A model generated the notes under the pieces. It made no database searches and was not told where the DNA came from. It was given only the letters and a program-made list of their open reading frames with translations. A stretch of DNA of 58,312 nucleotides, filler included, from Catajapyx aquilonaris (taxonomy: Eukaryota): assembly GCA_000934665.2 (NCBI GenBank). It is 3 parts of 3 records of this genome, joined end to end, with 100 filler letters (N's around TTAATTAATTAA, not from the genome) between each part and the next. Parts side by side here need not be neighbours in the genome. Positions count along the whole stretch, not along the records: positions 19,477 to 38,847 come from JYFJ02006473.1; 2 more parts are not named here. One strand, written 5' to 3'. Shown here piece by piece: positions 24,800 to 38,095 of the stretch. The position numbers and the translations under genes are program-made. Numbering within the stretch: the first letter of the stretch is position 1; every line of letters begins with the position of its first letter.

Positions 24800-26717
24800 T
24801 CACTCTCGCTGTTGCTGTAAAGAACTGATGTGCTCGGTGTGTTTGTGGTCCAAATACTTCAAGAAGTTGGCAATTCGAGTTCTCTTATCGGAGTCGAATT
24901 TTTCCAGTTCACTCTTCCTTTCCGATTTCATCCGATAAGGCTGAAAAAATTCGATTATTGTAATCACTATACGAAGAAGGGTGAATTACACATGATTATG
25001 CTGACTTTTTCATGCTGCAAGAGGGAATAAGAGCTCAAAGACTTAAAGCCATAGGAAGTTATTTAAAAGCATTAAAATGTCACAGACTCATTAGTGCATT
25101 GTTCATCTTCCAGGACTACTTCCTGTTTACAATTAATCCAAGGGAAGTAATTGTTTATAATTAAGGGGGAACTGTCCCAGTCTGTATTTAAGTGATGTAC
25201 TGTACTGTATAGTACCTTGTACGTGCCTCACTGCATGATTTTGAAACCATGCAGTTGAAACAACCTTGACAAACATGCAACTTTTTTTACGATCTTGCAT
25301 TGATTATACAATAGTAGTAAGAAGGGATCACATGCCTTCAAATAATCGGCGTGAAGTTGATACTTCAACATAGCGCCCATTACGTTCCAAAATCCGTAAT
25401 TAGGCCACAAAACCTTGTCAAACGCGATGAAGCTGTACGCACTCTGCAATCAGAAACGAAGCACAGGATAATATTACAGTACAGGGGTGTTGGTATTTTT
25501 TGACGCCCGGTCCTACATGGCCAGTGCTCTGTTTATGTTCATATTAATTACCTGCCACATCATGAAGTTGGAGAACCTCATTTCTCCGGATGTTCTGACG
25601 ATCATGTCCAGAGGAGGCAGGTCCCCCGTCTGAAGGCACTGCTCCAACAATGCTTCGGACACGTCGTCCGGTTGAATCAGGCCGTTCCTCACTCCTTCCT
25701 TCAGCTGGTTTATGGCGCACGTCATGTCGTCTCGACCTATGCAAGAAACGGATGGAACAAATTTGCGCGTCGTTTGCGGCTATTTTTCCACAGGCCATGA
25801 GACGGTGAACATCTGATTCCATCCAACAATACCACATGTGTTTTGTCTGTCAGGCAGTCGTCGAAAAGATATTTTCATTTTGCAGGTATGTACTGTACAT
25901 GAAGCCAACTTACCAGCATATGGCATGGCCACACAGTAAACACGATCTTTGCAATGCCGTGTCCTTTCCATTAGCTCTCCGGCCAGAACTCGAAGTCTTT
26001 CGGGAAATAACTCCATTCGACCAATGACTCGAAACTGGATCCCACCTTTTATCATCAAGTCACTAGAATATTGAAAGCATAACACATTAAAAGGGATCTT
26101 AATTGTAAATGCGGGGGAAAAGAAGTAGTAATGTATAGAATATATACTACTTACACCTCATCCAAGTATTTAGTCATGGCATCTTCAAACACCTGAAGCA
26201 GCCCATCAATTTCTTCTTGGGGTCGAGCAAAATTGTCCAAGCTGAACGCAAATGTGGTCACCGCGTAGACTCCAACCAATCCACACCATCCTAACACGTT
26301 TATCATTTTTTCACCGCTAAGTGTGAATAAATAATTTACATTAAAATATGCGATTAGAAAAATGTGTCATGAATATAGCTGCTACGAAACTCACCCTTCT
26401 TCATGACCGCTCATGATCGGAATCCCCTTGGATCTGGCGTATCGTCTGTTTCCGTCCATGATGAATCCAACATGTCGAGGGACACTTCCTTGCTTTATAA
26501 TCTCAACAACAAAATCTTGCAGATGTGAAATTCTATATTTTTCTGCATAATGCGCTGGTATGGTTCCATCATCGACATGAGTCTGAACTTCATCCTGTTT
26601 AGAATAAGTGCCATTCAATTTATCTACCACGTGATGAAACACGAGGTGAAACAGTGTTTCCCAACCGTATGAAATTATATTTCTTCCAAATTTATCACCA
26701 AGTGTACTTACCAGCAT
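24800..26717 (-). CDS. DHDDS: cis-prenyltransferase, DHDDS-like (~316 aa). Exons 26717-26712, 26594-26395, 26316-26155, 26062-25914, 25736-25552, 25443-25336, 24940-24800
   Basis: All five cis-PT regions are present: [57 protein letters not shown], followed by VLWPNY.FWN and a DHDDS-like C-terminal helix ([12 protein letters not shown]). Splice phases give an open frame; the last intron needs a GC donor. Orthologue versus paralogue is unresolved. Confidence 0.9.
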
Positions 26718-29700
26718 GGTGAATGCAGAATCACTTCGTCACACTCTCGTTGTGAATTGGCAGGTGTCCGTCTTATACACACTGCTAAATAGATAATAAA
26801 GAGCCGACTAAAAATCACATAGAGTATATCACACGATCCAGTCGCGCCCTCATGCATCCTTTTAATGGCAGGCACGTACTACATCACAAATAAGCAATAA
26901 ACACTGCACAGTGTGGAACACTATACTGACGAAATGTGGCCTGATAGAGTCTAAGCTCACTTATTTGTATATACGACCTATAAATTTTGCAGATTTTTAC
27001 TGGTCGGTAGAGTGGCATGCGAATGTTGTACGCGGCATAATAACAGCTATTGTCCATTCAAACAGAGAGCACGGCATCCTTTGAGAATCCTGTCAAGGAT
27101 TTACATCAAAATTATAGCTTGCGAGGATGTCAGGCACCTTCTTGAAAATTTCCCCCGCTCAAACACGGGATTTGATCAAGCATCCTCCTCGATGACGTCC
27201 ATCCTTGCAACTGTGGATACCACTGAACAAGCCTGTATCGCTGGTTGCCGGAGTCAGGCGGTTTAGCAATGGTCTACTATCGGATTTTTAAATACTTGCC
27301 CATGTGTTTGACTTTAAATAGGAAAATGATCCAAAAAATAACGTTATACATCGTTAGAAAATTTGTTTAAATCTACGTAACATATATGCGAGTTGTTTAC
27401 CTACCTGTATTGTGTAATTTTTTATCGCAAGAAGAACACGGAAAGGTGTCCTTCTTTGACTAGTTGCCGACGTTACGCCGCAAAATGAATTTTTAAATGA
27501 CACTTCTCGGAGGCCAAAAAATTCTCCCTGTGTGAACCCAGGATAGTGCAAATCTTTGTCTATCTAATTATATATTTTGAAACTTAGAAGTTCCCATTTC
27601 TGTAATCATAATTAAGTTAATTTCACACCTCAGTTATCTCGGCCGTTTATAATCCGAATTATTTCACAAATGTATCGACGGCAAGCCATAAATGTGCGTC
27701 ATAAAACTACATCGTCCTCTATTACACTAAAATGTTAAAAATATTGTTTTAGTAAGTTTAATAAACAATTGCCCAGCCCCGCTTTTTGGCGGGAATAGAC
27801 GGCGATACTTTTAAATACGTTTAAAACGGTTTAATACGGTGGAATATTAACACGCACATTTCTGTCTGTCACCAATTCGCAATGAAACGGAGCCTCACTG
27901 CAATTATTTTTGTCATAAGAATCCCTCAATCAGAGCAGCCAGATCCGTCCTTGATCCTGACCTTCCAAAAGTTTCATCGTCTGAGAAACTTTTTAACGGA
28001 TTGCACCACAGCAGTGATTGGGGGATGCAAATGACAAGTGCCAGGACCAACCATGAGATCTCTCTAGACGTTGTGGGTACCGTACCGTCACGAAGATTTG
28101 GAATGTCCGCAGCGAAAACAGCAACGGGCCAAACTAACCACACCGGCGAGCGATAGACTGGCCGCTACAGGAACTCATTCCTTATATTATATCAAGTTTT
28201 ATATTTATATATGTCCAAGTTAGTAACCTTCTTCAAGGTTATTACTGATGATACGCAGCACGACATAAACCTCACCGGTTCACGAGTGACGTACCCATCG
28301 AGAAGGCTAATTAATTTTATGGGAATTTTGTCCCCTTCATGTTCAATATACAGTGCAGTATATACAAGGTGTTTCATCACCGTGGTGTTTGAGAAATATA
28401 GGCTACCGACTCACCTTTAGAATGGCCCCCTTGCGAGCCAGGGGCGTCATATGCGATTACCATAGCTTAGTTACCCAAATAATGACATTTTCACAGGCCA
28501 GTAGAGAATATCCAGAAAGGTTTGTATCCTATACACTGGTCTCCCTTGGAGTGAATTACTTAGTTGATTAATTTACAACTCTATCCAAGGATCTCACCAC
28601 TCGACTCATGTGAGCCGGAGGATGAAAAGCTTTCACAATCAGTAGGCAGATTAGTTGTAGTGAATGGTCATGGTTTAATACAATACATTTCAGTAGGGAT
28701 GTAATGATGATTAGTGTACCTCATACCGCAAGGATTTTTTTGGAATATAAATGATATCCATCTGGTAGATTAATTAAATATAAGCAAGAAACTTACCTTT
28801 TTCTTACATCATTAGGATATGATTGTATTGCAACACTTTTTTTACATGTACTGTACGTAATATGTTGCATGAATAATTACAGTAATTATTTTACAAGCTT
28901 GAATGTGAGTATAGTAATATTCGTTAGCAACAAGGTAACACCCTGATAACACGTAGAGTGAACGCGAAATAATTACACTCCCACCCCTAAACCATGTTAG
29001 ATCCTATAATTATGTGCACAAGACTTGAGTAAGTCGTGCCTGAAAGTGACGTTAACCGTGTCGTGGGGTCCTTTAGGACCCCATGCCATATTTTAATTTT
29101 TCTTAATTTTTTTATATAATAGTTTTCAATGTAATGACTATAGGCAATCATTCTTTGAACAATGCCTAAAATGACCGCTAATTGAAAATATATACTTTTT
29201 AAAATAATTCATTGCGAGAGTTCATTTTTGTAGTGGAGATCAATAAGAACTGACACAAACGAGTATGCTTGGAACCGTGACGTGGGATCCTTTTGGTCTC
29301 CGGAGAGCATTGGTCCAAAACAAATACTTATCTACATTTTGGTAGGTGTGAAAATTATGAGACCGGATTTGATCCATGAAATGAAGTTTTTTTGAGGAAT
29401 ACAGGGAGTTTCAGGTCATTATTGCTTCAAGGTCACTAATTGCGATGCATTTTAATGCCCAAGTAGCATCCGGTATGCGGTACCTCTCTTTTACAATAAT
29501 GTTAGTAAACACATTTCATCACTATTTTGTAGTATGCGCCCATGGAATTATTTTATTAATAACGTTGTTTCGCACGTGTTTTGTGATCACGAGGAAACCT
29601 CTACTCATCTAGCTTTTCAATGCCAGTTTTAATGCGGCTAATATTCTAGTAAGCAACAACTACAAGACTGACAATGAGAAAAAAAATTTCAAAGTGTAGT

Positions 29701-30123
29701 ACTTACTCAGTCAACAGGTATACCGGTAGCCTACTGCTTATTATAAAATATGTCGTGATTTTTCGACGAATCGCGCAACGTAGGAAATTTTTGGAATGGA
29801 AATGAGGAGGCATATGGGACTAGACAATTATTTTGTGACTTTAACAGCCCAACATTAACAGCCCAAGATATAATAGGACATTTCCTCACGGAGAGCTACT
29901 GTATTATATTCTTAGGGTCATCACGCCATTTCCACCTTCGCAGCGCACTTGGATACAAATTAATCTCAGAGAAATTCCCCTGCATTCAACCTTGTCATAT
30001 AAGGCTATTATTAGAAGTTCTACTTACCCTCCATCCAAGGTGACCCACAATGCTTTCGCTTTTCCTCAACGATAATTTTATATTTTGTCTATAGAAATGT
30101 CGTCTCATGCAAAACGCAGACAT

Positions 30124-30124
<1 letters not shown>

Positions 30125-30199
<75 letters not shown>
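30125..30199. repeat. (GAT)25 microsatellite
   Basis: Read directly from the sequence. Confidence 0.95.
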
Positions 30200-32336
30200 C
30201 CGGGTAGTGCACGATCTCCTTCGAGATAATTATATGGCAGGCATTCATTACTAATATATTATATATAGGCCTATACCATTAGCAGCACCCACCCGTTTCA
30301 TTTGAAACTGAAAACAGTTACAGATATGAACTTTACTGGGTTTTGATGCTCTGTAGATGTCACTTTGTGTGTCATACAGACGGACAGACGGACCGATCAC
30401 GTGAGGGGGCGGGGATAAAAGAGAAACGACACCACATGATTCACATTTAAAATGACGGCATGAAGGCTTTACAAATTTGAAATAATTTCTCATCAAGTCA
30501 TTGTCCGTTTTAATGAAGAATGTGTCACTCGAAAAATTGGGAATAAACTACCCCAACGCCTTTACTGTTAAATATTTATGTTCATATAGGGACATTTGAA
30601 AGTTTCAAAAATTGCATACGGTCGTGATTTAGTCGAATGAAAACGGTTCTTTAGCAGATGGGCAAAAACATATTTTTGTGGGGGTCTTAATATGTGCAGT
30701 TTAATTTCCTCACCTTGCTTGTATGATTTTGGGAATTACAGTGGACCTTGCATGTTGCATGTGTGACTAGGTAAATCCCTGACCAAGGGGTTAACCACTC
30801 GACTATAAAGTGTACACTGGAGTACCAAATTCAAGGAGCAAGGAGTAATAAAGAGTGAGGTACCTGAGGAGTACCAGGGAGTACCACTCTCAGGTGTACA
30901 CCGGAGTACCGAAGTGGTTACCCCCTTGTCCCTGACTTTGATTGTGCCCACTACAGGACGTTAACATTGAGTAACGTGTGATGTGAGTTTCGCGAGAAGC
31001 AAAAAAAAAATCGGTTGCAAGGTCGACCGGTTTTTTCGAAAACATTTTTATGAAGCTCTTACTACTTGTAGATGACGATATGTACTGTTGTACGAAGATA
31101 TAGCCACCTGTATTGATAATAATTATACCTGGAAATAACTCACTTGTCATACAGGCAATCTTACATCAATAGTCCTTGGAATTGGCGACATATCAAGCAT
31201 CAAACCATTGCAGGAAGGTTGTACACTCGAATTTAATGCACAAATGCTCACTTCTGGTGAATGACAGCAATTAGATACTGTACTGTACTGTACTGCTATA
31301 CAGTATACAGTATATACTGGCGTATTATCTCATATGAAGTACCATTAGTGTGCAAGGGGGTGATTATACAAAGAAGTGCACCTCAAAGCATCCACTTCAA
31401 GAGGAAACAAGTATTGATGAATATTTACGATCACTCTGAAAACTATTAACCTGGCAATTCTTGATGTCTTATTGTACAAAAAAATAATATGAATCTCCTT
31501 CGGTTGGTAGTGAGTCGTAAGAATATAATACAGTAACATTTTATTTGCTGATCTGTACAGACTTTTCTCCCCATAAAAGCGCTATTACGTAGGCCTAATA
31601 CAGCGATTAATTAATTGTCAGTGAGATTACCGAACTACGAGAGGAAGGACTGCAAGTTTTTGTCCCCATTACAAACAGCAGCATTTGTTTCACCACATTA
31701 TGAACGTACTGTACGATAAAAAAGTCGATATACTAATAAGTTCTGTTGGAAGATGATCATACAATTATTTCAACCTTGATTCCGAATGCGATACTCACAG
31801 GTTTTAGACTACATACATTTCTTTGCACCTTGTACAGTATGAATTCTGCAATTTCGACTCACAGAGAAATCATCGATTGTAGATTTTATGTTATCGTATG
31901 AAAGGTCATCTCGAACTGTGGATTATGTAATGGCCTATCCTGTTTAGGAGAGATTATTTTGTTAGTTGAATCGATACTATCGGGTTCAAATACTTTTGGC
32001 CACTTTATCCTGGTCTTGAAGCAACCCTTCACACAAACACACACATGTTGCCAGATGGTGGCTTCGATGTCGTTTGGGTTGCGGGCTATTCAGGATCACA
32101 CTGGTAAGATCATTTCACCGGTAACCGGTCAAGGAAGCCGGTCAGGCAAGCATGCGTGTCACCGCCGCATTTTCCTCTTGAATCTGACGTCAGAAAAACC
32201 AAGTTTTTTCATCCCTTTATTTTTATCATACAATCATAAAACACTGTAAAATACTGTATTCTCACACCAACAAACTATAGCATGATGTCTCTGTTTACAT
32301 GCAAACTATTTCTAATCTAGTGCAGTTCTGAGTCAT

Positions 32337-35300
32337 TTATCGCTTCCTGTCGAGGATTTTGTTAAGAAAGGCTGTGCAGAGGCCCCGCATGTTCGGATTT
32401 TCCATGTTGGAAATATCCTGCAGGATCGAGTTCTTGGAATTGTCTTCGAACTTCCTGTACATCTCTGGAAGACTGAGGTCCCTGTAGAGGTTCTTAACTC
32501 GGGACACGTGCTTGGGGTCCTCGGATCCGTAGTTCTTCTGAAATGGGAGGGACATGCGATGGAGGGAGGGACACTCACAAAACGCTGAGAAATTCCTTCA
32601 AGTATCATGAAGCATGCACGAGAAACAAAGAGCATGCTGACGCCCTTGATGTAGTACAGTAGGTACCTCTAGGACCATCCTCTGATGGTGATCCACGTGC
32701 TTGAGGATAGTGACCACCAGCCAGGAGCACTTTCCCTCCTCGATGTCCGTCCCCACCTTACCCATGACCTCTGGGTCACCGAAGCAGTCCAAGTAGTCGT
32801 CCTGGACTTGGAAGAGGTGGCCAACCTTCAAGAGGACGGCCTCCACCTCCGAGTGACTTCTCTCGTCAAACATTCCAGCCTAATACAGTATTATGAATTA
32901 ATAATGTTCATGACAATGAACACGTACCACGTACAGTTCATCATGATTCATAAGATGTACCGAAAGAATGTATTTAAAAATAGTTTATGAGTTATGAGGT
33001 GGATCATAGATTTCCAATGGGGGCCAGTTTCATAAAAACTCGTTAACGTTGCTTCGACTTACCGTGCTGCTTTTATTTCTAAATTTGCCTTTTTATGGCC
33101 CCCTATACTGTATTATATATTATTATAATAATATCGTAAATTAATTCAGATATCTCACCATGATCATTGCTAGTCCCACCGGGAGGTAAAAGGAGTAATA
33201 TGAGGTCTTGTACTTGACTATTGTTGCGTATCTCTCTTCCGTGAACAGGTCGAGCTGCGGCTTGCTACCTGATGAGGTCAGGAGGTCCAGGCACTGACCC
33301 TTCTCCGTTTTGAAAATAATCTTTGAAGGAAAATAAAGCATGTCCACATCATATGCGTCTCATTCCTGATTGCATGGTTGAAAGTTAACATTCATACTGT
33401 TCGAACGGTTCTTCTCTTTACCAATAATTTCTATTTCATAATAGTTTCTAATGATTATTAATAACAACGGTTAACTTTTCTGCCTAAGATAGCAGTTATA
33501 ATCCAGGCACGAAAGGTTATGTAGTATAATTATTTTGTTTTATTTGTGGGTTAGTCCATCTCAATTCGATCTCTCTGGCATAAGAATTTACCTCCCCTCC
33601 TTCGATTTTGGCGAAATTTGGCAGAGTTGTAGGGTTCATAGAGATATGGTATCGGGCCAAATTTCGCGTTAATTGGTTCGACCTGTTCGGCAAGGTATCA
33701 TCAAGCATCATGCGGACATTTTTTGGAATAACTTTTTTTCTCTTGGTCGTATTTGGACAGTGAGCATATCTACGGTTAGACCACAGTTATATTTATCATA
33801 CCAAGCTACTTTAATAAAAATATTAAGCAATATCTGCTCGTACCATGTATTTTCGTAATGTGATATTTGACCTAGTTTTTTAGGAATTGATGCATCTTCG
33901 ATTTTGAAAAGTGATATGTCGTATGACAGGCGTCATGCTCTAGGCGACTGCCAAAAATCAGGCTGGGCCAACCAGAGACTGTTGAGAAAATAAATAAAAC
34001 GTCTTCTAACCAGCCAATAATGAAGTAATTGGGCTTCACACTGAGACACCCTATGATTATTATGGAATGATATGATGTGATGTTGAAAACGTCAAAATAT
34101 TACTCTGTATAGTCTCCCGTGTTCTGGAAGTGAATATTCCACTGATTGATGGTGCCTTTATTTATTCATTTTTAAGCCAACCTACTCTCACGGTCTTCCC
34201 GCTCTCCCCAGTGGAGTACTACATACCGACACTATTGCAACAGCCAGGCCCTGATTAAAATGCATGTTACTTGAGTCCCACTGACAGGTGTGGCTACTTC
34301 CATTAGCTCTTGCATCAGTGCATCTTCTTTTTAAATGTATTCTTTTGCTACATATTGGAACACGGCATCCTTCAAGGCACCTTCTGCCCAATGAAGCATT
34401 ATATTGCTGGGTCTTTGCAAGCTGGTCTTGACTGCTGGGTCTTCACTCCAAGTCTGTGCCTCCCAAGCAGTCGCATTGCCCTTCACCGTGCCAAAATCCC
34501 GAAACCATCATAAGGATGTGCTAAGTTGATGTTGCGATTCTTGTACTGCGAGGTAACCCCTTCGGAAAAGTAGGAAATATTCTTGACTGGGATTCCTATT
34601 TTTTCAAGTCTGAAACCACTGTAAAAAATAAAGAGATGGATTGCTACCTTGATTGCAACAGTATCACCATTACTTCATTATAGTCATGCAGTTGGAAATG
34701 ATGACGATCCTAGTGACAGGGGAAACTGTTTGCAAAATTTCTATCATAGTAAACCACATGCAACAATGTGCAATGTAATACTCACTCACCAAAGGATCAT
34801 GTTAGCTAGAAGCTTAGGACTGACCCCTTCGAACTCTTTGTAACCACGAGCAGACTACCCCAATGATCAACAGAAAAACCCGTTCACGGGGTGCCAACAA
34901 TCATGTCATCAGAATACAGACAAAACATTATAATCATCACAAGATGTGAGTCATTTCTCCATCACAGGGGGTTATGACAACCACCTGATGACTCCCAGAG
35001 TAAATGTTTCCCTCTATTAAAAACAAGTTTCTGGAGCATTACCTCGTTTAATAAGTCGACGCACTTGGTGTAGTAGGTCTGGTCTCGGTGGTACTTCCAC
35101 AGGATATGGAAGGCCGCCCTTTCCATGAGCAAGGCGTCGTTGAAGGCCTTTGGCCCCAGTCCGTTGGTCAAGTACCAGTAGGGCTGACCTCTTCTGGTCT
35201 TGGAATTGTCCATTATGTCGTCCGCCACCAAAAATGCTGCCTGCAGCTGTGGAAACAACATTACGTATAGCCGTATAATATGGTTTGAGAAAGTTCTACT

Positions 35301-35664
35301 TTATTCTGCTTAATGGTTCAGGCAAGCGCACTGTACTAAAACTCACCAGCTCGATGCACCAGCCCAATACGTGTGCCAACTTGATGTTCTCCTCTGTGAC
35401 ATGTTTCTTCTCAGCCAGGACGGAAAATGAATTGGCCACCATCGTGCCTCGGTTCAGTTTCCCTCCGAGAAGGTTGTAGCTCAACATCTGCAATGACAAA
35501 TATGTGAAGAGATCTGCGCACAATCTAGCTAGAGTCCTGACCTTTTCGAACCAACAGTCAAAGTCTCTCAGAACATGGTCGTGCTTTTCGGAGATGGTCA
35601 GGCTCTTAATGACCTCAGAAGTCAGCGCCAAGAAAGAGTCACTGTCTCGGTTCTTAGATCCCAT
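32337..35664 (-). CDS. FDPS: FPPS-like trans-isoprenyl diphosphate synthase (copy 2, intact, 347 aa). Exons 35664-35542, 35487-35347, 35246-35043, 33320-33159, 32879-32667, 32537-32337
   Basis: Motifs [35 protein letters not shown] (FARM), [35 protein letters not shown] (SARM), [14 protein letters not shown], and basic C-terminus RKR. All five introns are GT-AG and phase 0, with no stops. Confidence 0.93.
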
Positions 35665-35772
35665 CTCTTTAACACTCTCTGAAGGCGAATAGTAATGCTA
35701 GACTCTCGGGAGGAGGTTTCTGTTGGTGCTCCGCAGTCGATGTGTTATTCAAGTTGCTGCACACGTAAGGTA

Positions 35773-35780
35773 TATTTATA
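35773..35780 (-). promoter_or_regulatory. Candidate TATA box of the intact FPPS-like gene
   Basis: TATAAATA on the minus strand ~110 nt upstream of the ATG at 35664. Confidence 0.5.
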
Positions 35781-37526
35781 ACCTATAACCTAACAGCTAG
35801 CCTGGAAATTCTGACGTGCACTTTCCCACCCTGACTCAATCTCATTGGGTTACGAAAGAGCCGAATCACGATGATTGTACTTGTAGTTGTGCAATTTTGA
35901 AAACTTTTCTCTAAATACTCTCCACCACAGAGAGAATTAATTAATATTTACATGGTAATCCCCTCACTATGAAGATCTGGTATTTTTTCCTCTCCAAGAC
36001 GCTTCTAACAGCTATCACGCACGCGGGGAAAAAAACTTGACATTTTGCATTTCCTGCAATACTGCACAAGGGGTCTGATGAGGATAACCTGACCGCTAGT
36101 CTCTGACGTGCACACATGCAGCCCGCCTGACACAATCTTTTTGGGTTACGAAAGAGCAGAATCACGATGAGAGTAGTTATGCAATTTTGAAACCTTTTCT
36201 ATAAAAACGCTCCAGCATAGAGAGAATTAATTAATATTTACATAATAATCCCTTCACCATGAAGATGCTAGTATTTTCATGGTTAAGCGCTTTATTCGGT
36301 ATTCGTTCCTCTGCAAGACGCAAATGCACCACTGTGAATGTCTTGTGCAGCATCTGCTGCGAGAAACTACACGTAGTTTCTCTCCTTGAGAATAATTATA
36401 ATGTGAATTGCCTGAGGAAAGCATCACCTCTGCACTAGACATGAAACTGAGATATTATGCATAAGATGGTATTAATTCAATCAATGTCCTTCTGCATAAG
36501 AATAAGACAGAGTTGATCTGGAAAATAAAGTAGACTACAAGTTGCATCAAGAACTAAGGAATCCCCCAACATATTACAGATATAGACATGTTTATCATTA
36601 CATTAACTTAATTGCTACAGGATTAATAACTATGAACTGAAGCAAATAACATTCTTCTAATATTTTCTGTATTCTTTTCGTCCCTATTTACACATGATGA
36701 TACTTGCCTAACATTATCATTGTATACTTGATGTACAGACGACTGCATGCAACACATCAATAAAATAATGCATTTTTTATGCGTCATCACTGCCCTTGCA
36801 TGCATGAGAGAGTGGGTGTGCATTAATAATAGAGCAATTATTATCACACCTATGGGGTACAAAATGAATGGTGTTTTATTGCCTAAGCCCTAAGTTGCAT
36901 GTTTCTCACTATTGCAACAAAAAACCCGATGGTCACGAACATGCATATTACGCTACCGCACCTTAGTCTTGATTGTCTCAAGTAAGAGACCCAGTCATGT
37001 ACTACAGAGCGCTCCTCTGCCCAAGTAGACGATCCATAGAGGGGAGGCGGAGAAGAGTTTGACACTCCTGGCACTGTACGCAAAGTAGGGGAAGGCAAAA
37101 AGGGAAAGAAAGACCCACACTTTTGTTTCGAATTTGGATTGGAGTTCGATTGGAATGGCTTCAGTATCCCAGCCTCTTCTTCGCGGATCGTCAAAGTACA
37201 GTTGACTCCGGATATAACAGCCTCGGTTATAACAGACTCGAAAGGGACAATACGTTGCTTTTAATTATTCAACTTGCTTTCCCACGCGCAAGAAGACAGA
37301 GAATATACTGAGGACAGTGAGGAGTGTGATTTTCGTATCTGTCACTGATCCTAAAGCTATTACTCAAAATCGTCCTTTTTGTGGTACATTTGACAAAAAT
37401 GAGACGACAGAGGAAAGGTACGGATTTTGTTTTGGTCCCGCGTAATTTACGGGTGAGCTAATTTTTGCAATTTTGTGGATAGTTTCATATAATTATGTAT
37501 GCAGGAGTGGGCATTATAAGCATAAT

Positions 37527-38095
37527 ACTAGCAGGATACCCGGCGTTGCTCGGGTTATGAAATACTTTTCATATTAACTTGGTATGTAAGGTCGTCTCTG
37601 ATATGCTGGGGTAATATTATTACTCCAGCGAATCAGTGTCTCCAGCAAATCTGTGTCTGAAAAGCTCTACGAGCTTCAACTTGTAATAACATGTTTTGAC
37701 ACTCATGGAACATCGTAACTCTCAGCTATCATCACTACTCTTCTTAGCAACAGGACTTTCAAAGATTAAATAAAATAAAAGATTCTTTTCAAATAAATTA
37801 TTAAGGGTATATACAGTATACATGTTAGGTTCAGAGTACAATATTTTCACTACTGAAAACATTGAAAATATTTAATGTGTTGACAACTTTTATGCAATCA
37901 ATAATACGTTTGATGGTGTCTAGAGGCTTCGCCTACAACATTCGGGCTCTATATTGTAGACCTTTGAGGCCAATTGTTGCACAATTAATATTTCATATCA
38001 TTTTAGCTCCCCCATTTACAAAGATTGCGTGGAGGGCTAGTCTGTCATCGTTATATGCATTGAAGTGTACAAAAAGTACAGTCTAATATTATAAG
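37527..38095. mobile_element. Possible Helitron-like insertion (absent from the copy-1 duplicate)
   Basis: Begins TACTAGCAGGATACCCGGCGTTGCTCGGG (CTAG next to a short GC hairpin), the typical terminus of arthropod Helitrons. The far boundary is approximate. Confidence 0.45.

Noticed and set aside
27913..30120. Possible extra spliced gene between cis-PT and the FPPS-like gene (scattered minus-strand donor sites and a 76-aa ORF)
   Set aside because: I could not assemble a consistent reading frame or recognise a domain; needs RNA-seq.
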